Source: Lentisphaeria bacterium
Lineage (GTDB): Bacteria; Verrucomicrobiota; Lentisphaeria; Oligosphaerales; CAITYL01
DNA length: 64,000 nucleotides
Assembly: GCA_041651315.1 (NCBI GenBank)
Contig: JBAZJM010000004.1
Span: forward strand, 1,223-65,222
Reading direction: 5' to 3'
Shown in pieces: positions 19,684 to 28,606 of the stretch. Below the pieces are notes generated by a model that saw only the letters and a program-made list of their open reading frames with translations, did no database searches and was not told where the DNA came from. A program made the translations under genes and the position numbers. Position 1 is the stretch's first letter. Each line of letters opens with the position of its first letter.

Positions 19684-20922
19684 TCATTTCATCTGCACGG
19701 CAGGCTTGAAAACCACGGCCATCAGAACCATCAATACGACTGAAATGACGAATGCGATCAAGTACGGCTGCCCCCAATGGTGACGGACGGCTTGGGTGGC
19801 GGCATCGGTGACGGTGTTGTGCCCGAGAATGAGGTCGAACACAAAATTCGAAAGCAGCGTGCCCAAACCGAACAAGATCAGTCCGATCAGTCCCTGGGCC
19901 TGGCCGCGCAATTCGGCGGGCGCCACCGCATCAACGTACATCTGGCTGCCGACAACCAGCAGGCCGAAGATCAGGCCATGCACCAAAATGCCGCCGAAAT
20001 CGCCGGCAACCAGATTCTGTGACGCTCCCCAATAGAATGCGCCATAACGGATGGCTAGTGCGCCGAGACCGATGACCATCGCCCACTTGTAGCCGACCTT
20101 CCTCAGAATGAACGGGATCGTCAGCATGAAAATCAGTTCGAACACCTGCCCGAGGTTCATCGTCACGGTCAGATAGTTAACGCCCTTCTCGGCAAGATAC
20201 TGGCCACAATACACGTTGTACCACTGAAAGGGGATCATCGCGAGCAGGATCAGGATCGCAAACACCGCCATGTCAGTCCGTTTGAAGAGCACCAATGCAC
20301 GTAGTCCCAGCGCATCGACCAACGACATCGGCCGGTCTTTGGCTTTTGGCAATGTCGGCGGCAGGAAAAAAGCCAAGATGCCGCCCGACATGGCGGCAAT
20401 GGCTCCGGCCATGAAAATGCAGGGGGTGCTGTCGAAATTCTCGATGCCGAGCCACTTCGTGCCCACGATGCTGAAGACGGCGGATGCAACCCAGCCGAGC
20501 GAACCAAACAGGCGAATTTGGGGGAAAGCCGCGGCCGGGCTGTTCGCCATCGCAATGGTGGCCGTCAGCGACCATGTCGGCATGTAAAAGAGCATCACCA
20601 GCACCAGCGTGACAAACAGGACGGCGGGATCTTTGACCGTATAGGCGCAGGCCAACAGCGCCGCGGAAACAAAGTTGCAGAACGCCAGTACGTTCTCGCC
20701 GTTCATGAAGCGATCTGCGAACATGCCGAAGAACGGGAAGGAAAACGTACCGAACGCCATGATCAGGCCACAGCGATACGGCCACGGACTGCCCGCGGGA
20801 GAGAGTTTGGTCACATAGGCGAGCATGGGGACAAACCACACTGGCAGCATCATGAACTGTAAAAACATCATCGCGCTGAGTTTGGCGCGCGTCCCTATCG
20901 GCATCGTGCTCGACATCAACAT
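19684..20922 (-). CDS. MFS transporter, nucleoside:H+ symporter-like family
   Basis: 412 aa, 12 TM-like segments, N-terminus LSAMMFLQFMMLPVWFVPMLAY resembling the Nuc_H_symport family. G+C is visibly lower than in the neighbours. Confidence 0.6.
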   Translation of the reverse strand: MLMSSTMPIGTRAKLSAMMFLQFMMLPVWFVPMLAYVTKLSPAGSPWPYRCGLIMAFGTFSFPFFGMFADRFMNGENVLAFCNFVSAALLACAYTVKDPAVLFVTLVLVMLFYMPTWSLTATIAMANSPAAAFPQIRLFGSLGWVASAVFSIVGTKWLGIENFDSTPCIFMAGAIAAMSGGILAFFLPPTLPKAKDRPMSLVDALGLRALVLFKRTDMAVFAILILLAMIPFQWYNVYCGQYLAEKGVNYLTVTMNLGQVFELIFMLTIPFILRKVGYKWAMVIGLGALAIRYGAFYWGASQNLVAGDFGGILVHGLIFGLLVVGSQMYVDAVAPAELRGQAQGLIGLILFGLGTLLSNFVFDLILGHNTVTDAATQAVRHHWGQPYLIAFVISVVLMVLMAVVFKPAVQMK

Positions 20923-20963
20923 TCCTCTTTACGGTACCGCGGAAGTTTCGCCGGCCGGCCCGT

Positions 20964-21149
20964 TCATTCGGCCGGTGCCGCGAGGGTGAACACGGTGCCC
21001 TCGGCGGCGGCGACGTAAAGGGTGTCGCCGGCCGGGTTGCCGGCGGTGGCGGCTGCCGGCAACCACCACAGCCCGCCCCGCAGCGGAATGGCAAGGGCCA
21101 AGCGGCCTGCCCTGGCGGCCTGGATGATGATCTTGGCGGACGTGTCCAT
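20964..21149 (-). CDS. Small hypothetical ORF (61 aa); coding status uncertain
   Basis: It fills the gap between two co-directional genes with 9-nt and 41-nt spacers. No motif recognised. Confidence 0.25.
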   Translation of the reverse strand: MDTSAKIIIQAARAGRLALAIPLRGGLWWLPAAATAGNPAGDTLYVAAAEGTVFTLAAPAE

Positions 21150-21158
21150 GGCGAGCCC

Positions 21159-23033
21159 CTAAACTCTATGGCGCGCCAGCTTGGCTTTGTATTCTCTGGC
21201 CTGCCAGCCATTGATGTTCCGGTTGTACCAGCCCTCCTCGGGCAGGCCGAAGGCGAGGGCTTTCTCGTGTGCCACGGACAAGGCTTCCAGGGTCCGCTCC
21301 ATGCCGCAAACGCCCTGGCGTTCCGCATGTTTGTCATCCGTGGCAAAGAAGCGTCCCAGATGGTTCATGGCGCTTTGCTGGTGGTGCATGACCAACAGTT
21401 CGGAACTCTCGAAGAGGGCGCGGCGGACTTCCGTGTCGGCCAGCACCGCCGCCCGGCCGGGCATGTCGTTTTTCCGGGCGGCCAAGTCGGCGGCGGCCTG
21501 GGCCAGGTCGCGTGAGGCCGTGGCATAGGCGCGCGCCATCTCCTTGCCGAACGGGGTGTCCGTTTCCGGCAGCCAGCGGTAATCGAGGGAGTTGCCGGTG
21601 GCGTGGTCGCAGAATCGCATCGCTTCGGCGAAAACGGCGGCCCGCCGGCACAGATATTGCTGCCACGGGGCGGGGTTCTCGGGGCAGAGTTTCGGCGCCA
21701 GCCAGCCGATGAAGTTTTCGGACGTCAGTTCCTCGTGCCACAGCGCCCGCGCGAAGAGCAGCATGTTGAATTCCGGGGCGATGGCCGGGCCCGCGACTTG
21801 CAGCGAAAAATGCGTGCCGATGCCGTGCGACTGGTAGACGCGCAGGTCGCCCAGAATGACTCCGGGCAGGAACGGATACATGCCCCGGCATAGGACTTGG
21901 TCGAAGTAGTACTCGAAGGTGTGCGCGTCGCCAATGCCATTAAACGCGGTTTGCCAGGCCTCCAATGCTTTAAGGTAGAATGCGTTGCGCGGGCAACTGG
22001 CATCGTCGAGGGCATGGGCGTAGCAGCGTTCGCGCGGGGCGAAAAGCAGGAAGCATTCCGGCGTGGGGCGGATGTTTCTGCCTGGATACATCGTATCGTG
22101 GTACGCAATCACGGGGATCCGGCGTCCGGCGGCACCCTCTTCGCGGAGCGTTTCCGCCAGGAGCCGCATCGCCAGCATGGCCTGGTCGGAGGGAGAAAAG
22201 GCGCGGCAGGAAGGACAGTTGCACCACCCGCCCGCCGGCAGGTCGTCGGCCCAGGCATGCACGGCATAAGCGCCGGCATTCTGGCGTAGCGTCTCCCGGT
22301 AGTTCCTCTTCACGATCTGGCGGGCCTTGGGGTTGGTGACGCAAAAATTCGAATCGTTTGTCCGGCGGCCGTTGAAGTCTTCCGGCTGGAACATGCGAAA
22401 GAGTTCGGGCTCCTGCTCAAACCGCGCCCTGGGAAGCAATGCCGAGAGGCCATGCTCGCCGACTTCGAGGCGCAATCCCAGTTCCTCGGCCAGGCCGCGA
22501 TCCTCGATCCGATGGGCCACCGCATTGAACCGCAGTTTGGCGTAGAACCGCAACCACTCTTCCACGGAGAAATCCCTGGCTGTTTCCAGGCTGGCGAAAA
22601 CGCCCTGGCGGGCAAAACGGGGACGCATGGTCTCCTCGCCCAAGGGCAGGGGCTGCGCCCGGGCCGGTGCCCACTCCCCCTTCTCTCCCGGCAGCAGAAA
22701 GAGGAAACCCAGCCGTTCGGCCAGTTCGTATACCCCGTTTAGCACGCCTTTGGCCGAGCGCGCCGCAACCGTCACGCCATGGGCATCGACGGACAACCGG
22801 AAACCATCCCCGCCCCTGCCGTCCGCCGGGGCGTCCGCGGCAGAAGCATGCCGGGATTTTCGGGGGGCGATCCGCACAGAAAACCGGCCAGGCGTGGCCG
22901 GTCCGGCTTGGATCTCCGTTGCCACCCCGATTCGCCCCAGCAGCCGGGAAAGTTCCGCCACGGCATACCGATAACAGCGTTCGGCGCTCTGCTGATCCGC
23001 CATCACCACAACCTGACCGGTTAATTCAAGCAT
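21159..23033 (-). CDS. DUF4838-like glycoside-hydrolase-like protein with no signal peptide
   Basis: N-terminal GH20b/GH67N-like segment (KGVLNGVYELAERLGF) and the Cys motif GGWCNCPSCRAF, shared with the 841-aa paralogue-like protein at 26015..28540. Confidence 0.5.
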   Translation of the reverse strand: MLELTGQVVVMADQQSAERCYRYAVAELSRLLGRIGVATEIQAGPATPGRFSVRIAPRKSRHASAADAPADGRGGDGFRLSVDAHGVTVAARSAKGVLNGVYELAERLGFLFLLPGEKGEWAPARAQPLPLGEETMRPRFARQGVFASLETARDFSVEEWLRFYAKLRFNAVAHRIEDRGLAEELGLRLEVGEHGLSALLPRARFEQEPELFRMFQPEDFNGRRTNDSNFCVTNPKARQIVKRNYRETLRQNAGAYAVHAWADDLPAGGWCNCPSCRAFSPSDQAMLAMRLLAETLREEGAAGRRIPVIAYHDTMYPGRNIRPTPECFLLFAPRERCYAHALDDASCPRNAFYLKALEAWQTAFNGIGDAHTFEYYFDQVLCRGMYPFLPGVILGDLRVYQSHGIGTHFSLQVAGPAIAPEFNMLLFARALWHEELTSENFIGWLAPKLCPENPAPWQQYLCRRAAVFAEAMRFCDHATGNSLDYRWLPETDTPFGKEMARAYATASRDLAQAAADLAARKNDMPGRAAVLADTEVRRALFESSELLVMHHQQSAMNHLGRFFATDDKHAERQGVCGMERTLEALSVAHEKALAFGLPEEGWYNRNINGWQAREYKAKLARHRV

Positions 23034-23042
23034 GTTACGCCT

Positions 23043-25181
23043 CTACGCTTCCGGGTAACGTATCCGGATGATTTCGTGTAAGGCCAGCTTGCCGACATCG
23101 ATGACGGAATGGTTCCCTTTCCGCCTGACACGGAGCGGGCCGGGCGCTTCGACCAGCCGCGTCGCCTGCAACGGGGCGTCACCCTTGGCCTCGATGCGGA
23201 TGTCCGTCACCGGGATGACATCGCGGGGGATGATCGGCATGTAATAGTCGCCGGCTTCGTGCCCTTGGTGGTGGGTGGTGACGGGGCAGTTGTGCAGGTG
23301 GAGGATGCAGGCGCCATCCTTCTCGTGCCGCCAGGCGACGGTCACGCAGGGCGGGGCCTGGACGCGCAACGGGAAATCGGCGGTGTCCCCAAGGACCGAC
23401 ATCAGCATCCGGCGCAACGGTGAACTGGGGGCATAATAGAACGAAGCGCCCCAATCCCCGGCCAGGTCAATGACAAACCCGCGGCCATAGTTCCGCCGTG
23501 TCACGCCCGCCAGCGTATCGCGGCCGGTTTTCCCCGTTGCCGGATACATCAAATCCAAGCCGTCGTCCTCCCGCCCGATGCCGTCACATGTCATGAGGAC
23601 GGCGGAACCTTTTCGGGGAGTCTGCCTCGCCAGCATCGTATGCATCGCGAAACCGTGGAGATCCGGGAGCGCGGGCAGATGTTTGGTGAAATACAGCGAG
23701 TTTCGCCGGAACGCATTGGCCTCTGGCGCCGCCGCCTCGTTCACCGCGCGCAGCTTGCCCAAGGGCGGATGCGCGGTGGTTTCGCCGTCCTCATCCAGGC
23801 TGCCGGCCCACGGTCCGAGCACCAAAACCCCGCCGGCGGACACATACTCCCGCAACGCCCGCGCCTGTGCCGCGGAGAGCGCCAGTGACAACGGCAGGAC
23901 AACGGCCTTGTAGCGCGCCAGCCGTCCGGCGGTCAAATGGCGGTCGAACACGATGTCCGTTCCCAGGCCGGTTTCATTGAGCAACTGGTCCCAGCCGAAA
24001 AGGCTTTCCCAATACCAGCCGAAGCCCTTGTGGTCGGCGGTTCGGCGGCCAAAGTAAAAGGTCTCGGTTTGCTGCGAGAGGTGCAGGGCCACCGGATTGG
24101 CGCTGGGCAGTTCGGCATAGCGGGCGCGCTGGCGCAGGAACTCGGCCATGGGGCGCAGAAAGGACTGGACGCTGGCGGGCACCGATCCCTTGGGAACATC
24201 CGTTTCATAGCCGAAGGATGGAATGGCACCGAAAGACAGGCAGCATGCCGCATGGTGCAGGAGCGCCTTGGGCTCGTGGATCTGCCATTGGGATCCCATG
24301 CGCCAACGCGCGACCGGCGTCCAAATGTCCGCTTTCCGGCCATAGGCGACGGCTATTTTCGCGGACATGGAGGTGTGATCCATGTGCATCATCGCCTCGC
24401 TGGCCGTGACAATGGAGCAGTCATAGGTGTCCAAGGGGCAGGCCGTATGCCATGCATGGGGGGAATAGCGGTGGTAATGGTTGATGACGATGGTCTTGTC
24501 CGGATAATGCGCATGGAGGGTGTCCACCATCTTCTTCAGATAGGCGGCATACATGGTGAAACGCCAATGCACCCAGGCGCGAAAGGTCCGGCTCCCAAAA
24601 TCCACGGACGTTGGCAAGGGGAGGCCAGTTTCGGCGGCGAATTTTTTCCGGCAATGCGTGCAAACGCACGGCGGCGACGGCCGCAAGGCGGCGCCGAAAT
24701 TGGCGCCGTCGAAGAAGAGGCCGTCGAGCCCGAAATTGGCAAAGAACTCGAGCATCATGCCGATCAGTGCGTCGCCATAGGGCGAATTGATGCAACACGC
24801 CGCCTTTGGCCCGGGATCACGCCGGTCCATGTAGACGATGCGCCAGGACCGGTGCGCCTTCCAGGCCGACTCGCAGTACGGCGAGCACCACGTGATGGCG
24901 GCCATGCCGCCCGCATGGATGAGGGCGATTTGGCGCTTCAGCTTGGCGGTGAGATCGCCGGGGACGCGCGAAGAGATGGGGATGAAGGCGGACCGGAACC
25001 GCGGGCCCCCATGGTCATAGACCCCCACCCAGCGCGATTCCACGCCGTTCCTGGCCAGGGTCTGTTCGAATCTGGCGCGGGACAGGCCGCCGACATCGGC
25101 GTCGGGCATGAGATAATTCTCGGAAACCCGGAATAGGGTCTGGTCGTATGGCAGTATGGTTTTCATCGGCCGCGGGTTCAT
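23043..25181 (-). CDS. Putative glycoside-hydrolase-like TIM-barrel protein (GH42/GHL-like, with a trimerisation-like middle domain)
   Basis: GLDGLFFDGANFG, the Cys cluster PPCVCTHCRKKF and a later VLVLGPWAG segment. The assignment is by resemblance only. Confidence 0.45.
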   Translation of the reverse strand: MNPRPMKTILPYDQTLFRVSENYLMPDADVGGLSRARFEQTLARNGVESRWVGVYDHGGPRFRSAFIPISSRVPGDLTAKLKRQIALIHAGGMAAITWCSPYCESAWKAHRSWRIVYMDRRDPGPKAACCINSPYGDALIGMMLEFFANFGLDGLFFDGANFGAALRPSPPCVCTHCRKKFAAETGLPLPTSVDFGSRTFRAWVHWRFTMYAAYLKKMVDTLHAHYPDKTIVINHYHRYSPHAWHTACPLDTYDCSIVTASEAMMHMDHTSMSAKIAVAYGRKADIWTPVARWRMGSQWQIHEPKALLHHAACCLSFGAIPSFGYETDVPKGSVPASVQSFLRPMAEFLRQRARYAELPSANPVALHLSQQTETFYFGRRTADHKGFGWYWESLFGWDQLLNETGLGTDIVFDRHLTAGRLARYKAVVLPLSLALSAAQARALREYVSAGGVLVLGPWAGSLDEDGETTAHPPLGKLRAVNEAAAPEANAFRRNSLYFTKHLPALPDLHGFAMHTMLARQTPRKGSAVLMTCDGIGREDDGLDLMYPATGKTGRDTLAGVTRRNYGRGFVIDLAGDWGASFYYAPSSPLRRMLMSVLGDTADFPLRVQAPPCVTVAWRHEKDGACILHLHNCPVTTHHQGHEAGDYYMPIIPRDVIPVTDIRIEAKGDAPLQATRLVEAPGPLRVRRKGNHSVIDVGKLALHEIIRIRYPEA

Positions 25182-25185
25182 GCTT

Positions 25186-25917
25186 TCACCGCTGCTTGCG
25201 GTTGCGGCGGGCGGGCCACAGCAGAGAGCCGCCTAGCCCCAGCAGGCAGAGCAAGCCAGGCTCGGGTACCACCGCCGTGTACACAGCGGACACGTCATCC
25301 AGGGCTATCTGCCGGGTAATGCCATGCGGATCTTGAAATTCCACGTATAGGTCGTGACCGGCGGCCGCCGTACCGGCGGTGTAGGAGCAGGTGCGCAGAT
25401 CCCAGCCATTGACCGTTGCGTTGCCGAAGGTGGCGGTGGTAAGCAAGGTGCCGGAGCCGACCGCGTCCGCCCAAAGCCGGATATTCAGAATCTGGTCCCC
25501 GGCAGGGCTGGGATACATGGTGACCATGTCCGGCCGCAATCCCTGATAGACCGTGACGGTGATTTGATCCCCGGCATTGACATGCAGGTTGGAGCCGCCG
25601 ACCTTCAAAATCTGGCTTAGGCTTGCAGGAATGACGCTAACCGGATCGAGAAATCCCCAATAGGTGCCCGTATGCGGGGCCAGGCCGCCAGTCGTTGGCG
25701 CGCGCCCCCCGCCCCCGGAAGTCGCCGTCCAGCCGGAAACGACATAGGTTGAAGGGCCGGCCTCAAAGCCTGGGTTGATGATGTCGATTATGGCGGCAGA
25801 CATGGTTCCAGCGGTGATGAGCATTCCCACTAGCACGGCCAATGCCATGGCAAAAACGGACGGGTATCCTGCTTTCGCGGTCTGGATCGGACGGGGGGAA
25901 CAGATTGCTTCTTTCAT
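25186..25917 (-). CDS. PEP-CTERM-anchored secreted protein with a CBM-like domain
   Basis: The C-terminus VPEPGLLCLLGLGGSLLWPARRNRKQR is a canonical PEP-CTERM motif. There is an N-terminal TM/signal, and IINPGFE opens a CBM4/9-like domain. The start is taken at ATG 25917. Confidence 0.8.
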   Translation of the reverse strand: MKEAICSPRPIQTAKAGYPSVFAMALAVLVGMLITAGTMSAAIIDIINPGFEAGPSTYVVSGWTATSGGGGRAPTTGGLAPHTGTYWGFLDPVSVIPASLSQILKVGGSNLHVNAGDQITVTVYQGLRPDMVTMYPSPAGDQILNIRLWADAVGSGTLLTTATFGNATVNGWDLRTCSYTAGTAAAGHDLYVEFQDPHGITRQIALDDVSAVYTAVVPEPGLLCLLGLGGSLLWPARRNRKQR

Positions 25918-26014
25918 GACGGCTTCTCCTGTGGGCGTTGACGCCGGGTGGTTATTCCGCGCGGCTGGCGACGTCTCCAGCCGCGATTTTCGCCGTGACA
26001 TATGGGCACGGGGG

Positions 26015-28540
26015 TCACGGTGCGAGCATGACCTGCGCGAGCCGGTCAACGTCACCGAGTTTGCTGTAGGCAACCCAGGTGTCGACCCCGAAGGCGCCAC
26101 CCGTCAGTTGCGGCGAGGTGACCCGTGCCAAATTCAAGTAGAACGGGTTGCCCGCCGCCACTCCCGCCGGGGTCAGACTGGCGAACGGCAATACCGCCCG
26201 GGTGACCCAACGGTCAGGCGCGGAGGCATCCGAAATCACCCGGATGCCGTGATCCATGATCGGCACGTTCATCCGGAAATTGACCTCGCCATTCGTGGTG
26301 GCGGCAAGCAGGCCGTGCGGGTTGATGGCGAACTGCCGATACGGCAACGCCCGGTCCTTGGCCACGAAAATTTCCCAATCATCGTACGGGAAGACGGTGG
26401 CTGACGTCTGCAATTTCATTGTGGGACAAGGATCGGTCAATTCGAGATATAGGAACTGCCCGTCATGCAGTGCCCGGGCGGAAAGCGCGCGCACCGCAGG
26501 GGCATTTTGGCTCGCGGCATGCCAGGATCCCAGAACGGCCGCCTTGGACCAGTCGATCTTGGCGGAGTCACCGTGGGCCGCCGCCACCCGCGGCACGGTG
26601 ATGGACGGGATGGATGCCGCCGATCGCTCGACATACTGCTGGCGCCCGGCCACCATGTAACTCCAAACGCTCAATTCGAAAAGCTCCACCCGTTTCTTTT
26701 GGAGGTCGGTCGCGGCAAGCGCCTTGGCCTGCCGCATATGCTCGCCCAGTTGCGCCATCCGCTCGGGGGTGCCGAGTTTGCCCCAGGCAATGGGCATGGT
26801 TTGGTGGCGGTCGGCCGGGTCATAATTGCGCGGGTCACAGTAGGTTTCTTCAACCAACCGATAGAAAGCGCGCATCGGCGGCCCGGCCGGGCCGTACAGC
26901 CGGCTGAAATAGTCATCCATCAGCGTGTTGACGTCGAGTGACACGTCATCCATCAGCTTGTAACTCAGATAAGCCTCCAAGTCCTGGCCGTAGCCGCAAT
27001 AGAAGAAACCGCGCACCCCGAGTTGATGGAACAGCTTCATCTGCTGGTCGAGGGTATGCGCAAAGAAGCCGGGCCAGCAATGGAACTTGACGGCGTCGGC
27101 GACTTCCTTGGGAAACGTGTCGTACAGCCACAGGTAGAGCGGGCGTTGCTGTTTGGCCCACTGTTTAAGCAGGCCGATTTCGTGTGCATATTCTTCCTGA
27201 TAGGGGCCACGATTCCAGGCAAAGCAGAAATGCACCGCGACATTCTTCGCCAGCGGAAAGCTTGGTGGTGCCGCATGGCTCCCGTAGGCCAGGGTGACGA
27301 GTTCGTCCTGGGGGTTGGTCTGAATAACGTCCTGGGCGACCGCGTTGACGAAACGGAAAAAGTAATCGCTATACTGGCCGTTCGAGAAGTACGAGCACTC
27401 AGGGCGGGCCTTGGCCAGCAGCGCTTGGCAGCGGGCGCATTTGCAGAACGATCCGTTGTCCATCGGTTCGATCGGAAACGGATTGGGCGGCCGCGGTTGC
27501 CAGAAGATGCCCAATTGCCCGCCGGTTTTCTTGCCGTCCAGGTATGCGCGGGCGTCCTCGGTCAGTTGCCGGATCAGCCCATCGCTGGCATAACACATCT
27601 GCGGCGGCCTTCCCTGGTATCCTTGCGCGAACCAGTCCGGCTTCTTTTCGACGAACAGGCTGGGAGCCGCTGGATTTTTCTCCCAAAACCGGTCGTAATA
27701 GCCGTACAGCGAGTGATTGCAGCGGGCGATGACGCCCCCCTCACGGTGGCGGAGCTGGAACAAGCGTACCGCCACCCGTTTGGCGAGGCAATAACCTTGG
27801 GGGTTGGACATCCTGGCATGCATTTGGGGGTAGGCCGCCGCCTCCCAGGCGTTGAACCCGGCCGACCCGGCCGGCCAAAGCTGCGACAGTTCATCATACC
27901 GATCTCCCACGCTGCCCAGCCCGCCCAGCGCGTCACGGTAGCGGAACGTTGGCTGGCGGCGAATCATGCGGCTGGCCACCGTCAAGGTCGCGGCATGTGG
28001 GCAGTCGGTGCCGAATTCAGTCGCGTTAAACCAACGCACCTGGCAGAAGGTTTCGAGAAATTCATAACAAGCGTCCAATGAGCCGCGTTCATCCCAAATG
28101 TCGGGCCACGAGTGAAACATGCGGACAGGGTCGGCCGTGGTCGGATTATAGATGACCGGCCCGGTGTCCGGCTTGTCCCGCCCGATCAGCACCAGCGTGT
28201 CAGGGAAAAACCGGATCATGTATTCCTGGCTCTTAAAACTGTCCGCCCGGATGCCCAGTGCCCGGGTTTGGGCGCTGTCGCCAATGAGGATTCGGGGGCC
28301 GGTGGGCGTGACGGTGTCATTGACGATTTGCAGGGTGGCTCCGGTGATGTCCCGGACATGCGCCTGCAACTCGAACGCCCCCAATTGCGCCGCGCGTGTC
28401 GCCTGCTGGGCGATGACGATGGTGGCGGCCGGCTGGCGGTCTTTGACCAGTGTAAAAGACGGAATAGCCTCCGCGCTGGAACGCGCGGCCATGAGCACAA
28501 GCGGCAAAAAGGCACCGTGGAACATTTTTTTGAAAATCAT
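26015..28540 (-). CDS. Secreted DUF4838-like protein with a C-terminal CBM9/DOMON-like domain
   Basis: Signal peptide MIFKKMFHGAFLPLVLMAARSSAEA, the Cys motif GSFCKCARCQALL, and a C-terminal segment DGQFLYLELTD...FVAKD...FAINP. Confidence 0.6.
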   Translation of the reverse strand: MIFKKMFHGAFLPLVLMAARSSAEAIPSFTLVKDRQPAATIVIAQQATRAAQLGAFELQAHVRDITGATLQIVNDTVTPTGPRILIGDSAQTRALGIRADSFKSQEYMIRFFPDTLVLIGRDKPDTGPVIYNPTTADPVRMFHSWPDIWDERGSLDACYEFLETFCQVRWFNATEFGTDCPHAATLTVASRMIRRQPTFRYRDALGGLGSVGDRYDELSQLWPAGSAGFNAWEAAAYPQMHARMSNPQGYCLAKRVAVRLFQLRHREGGVIARCNHSLYGYYDRFWEKNPAAPSLFVEKKPDWFAQGYQGRPPQMCYASDGLIRQLTEDARAYLDGKKTGGQLGIFWQPRPPNPFPIEPMDNGSFCKCARCQALLAKARPECSYFSNGQYSDYFFRFVNAVAQDVIQTNPQDELVTLAYGSHAAPPSFPLAKNVAVHFCFAWNRGPYQEEYAHEIGLLKQWAKQQRPLYLWLYDTFPKEVADAVKFHCWPGFFAHTLDQQMKLFHQLGVRGFFYCGYGQDLEAYLSYKLMDDVSLDVNTLMDDYFSRLYGPAGPPMRAFYRLVEETYCDPRNYDPADRHQTMPIAWGKLGTPERMAQLGEHMRQAKALAATDLQKKRVELFELSVWSYMVAGRQQYVERSAASIPSITVPRVAAAHGDSAKIDWSKAAVLGSWHAASQNAPAVRALSARALHDGQFLYLELTDPCPTMKLQTSATVFPYDDWEIFVAKDRALPYRQFAINPHGLLAATTNGEVNFRMNVPIMDHGIRVISDASAPDRWVTRAVLPFASLTPAGVAAGNPFYLNLARVTSPQLTGGAFGVDTWVAYSKLGDVDRLAQVMLAP

Positions 28541-28606
28541 GTTTTTCCTCTATGGTTCATGGTGGTAAAACGGTGGATTGGGGCATGACGGCGCCCAACC
28601 CGCTAA

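Noticed and set aside
20273-21346. A 357-aa minus-strand ORF overlapping the MFS gene and the small ORF
   Set aside because: It is an alternative frame of the same strand with an Arg/Pro/Gly-rich translation. The MFS frame shows regular TM segments and a family-like N-terminus.
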